A DNA stretch of 56,495 nucleotides, filler included, from Stramenopiles sp. TOSAG23-6 (Eukaryota), in assembly GCA_900128565.1 (NCBI GenBank). It is 4 parts of 4 records of this genome, joined end to end, with 100 filler letters (N's around TTAATTAATTAA, not from the genome) between each part and the next. Parts side by side here need not be neighbours in the genome. Positions count along the whole stretch, not along the records: positions 42,520 to 56,495 come from LT636151.1; 3 more parts are not named here. One strand, given 5' to 3'. Numbering within the stretch: the first letter of the stretch is position 1; each line of letters starts with the position of its first letter. Position numbers and translations under genes: made by a program. Below, piece after piece: positions 56,443 to 56,495 of this stretch. The notes below the pieces were generated by a model. The model made no database searches. It was not told the origin of the DNA and saw only the letters and a list, made by a program, of their open reading frames with translations.

Positions 56443-56495
56443 ATGTATTTTGGAAAAATATTTCAAAAAAAAATCTAAAAAAATTTGTTAGGTAC
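56443..56495 (-). mobile_element. 3' half of introner-like intron (AT acceptor) running off the window
   Basis: Minus: GTACCTAACAAATTTTTT...TGAAATATTTTTCCAAAATACAT|gac. Confidence 0.75.

Noticed and set aside
1-56495. Autonomous transposase, reverse transcriptase, rRNA or tRNA genes; alternative genetic code
   Set aside because: No DDE, RT or structural RNA signatures recognised by eye. Long conserved genes such as CPSF3 translate cleanly with the standard code.

Overview
AT-rich, gene-dense eukaryotic DNA, probably from a flagellated protist (CEP162, GCP3 and p25alpha-like domains are present; a finer assignment is not possible from sequence alone). At least four contigs are joined by artificial N-TTAATTAATTAA-N spacers. 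About 20 protein genes are visible, including CPSF3, GCP3, CEP162-like, HSBP1, ALKBH6, an AP2-RsfS fusion, an RCC1-BTB protein, a KH protein, a bHLH factor, an M16A peptidase, an LRR protein and ankyrin proteins. The main signal is one family of ~90-170 nt repeated introns (introner-like). Consensus: GTA(T/C)GTTTT...TTTTCGTACGAAATTTTGTACCTAAC...GAAATATTTTT(C)CA(A/C)AATACA(T/G). Every copy that interrupts a gene is in the host's sense orientation. Of 18 complete copies, 15 end in AT and only 3 in AG. Removing exactly GT...AT restores the frame and conserved motifs in GCP3, the M16 peptidase, ALKBH6, the bHLH factor and an ankyrin repeat. In several of these the nearest AG gives a frameshift or stop. 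This points to an abundant non-canonical GT-AT intron class (context AT|GT...AT|), possibly spread by a MITE-like element, coexisting with ordinary GT-AG introns. All splice sites are inferred from reading frame and motifs; no transcript data were available.
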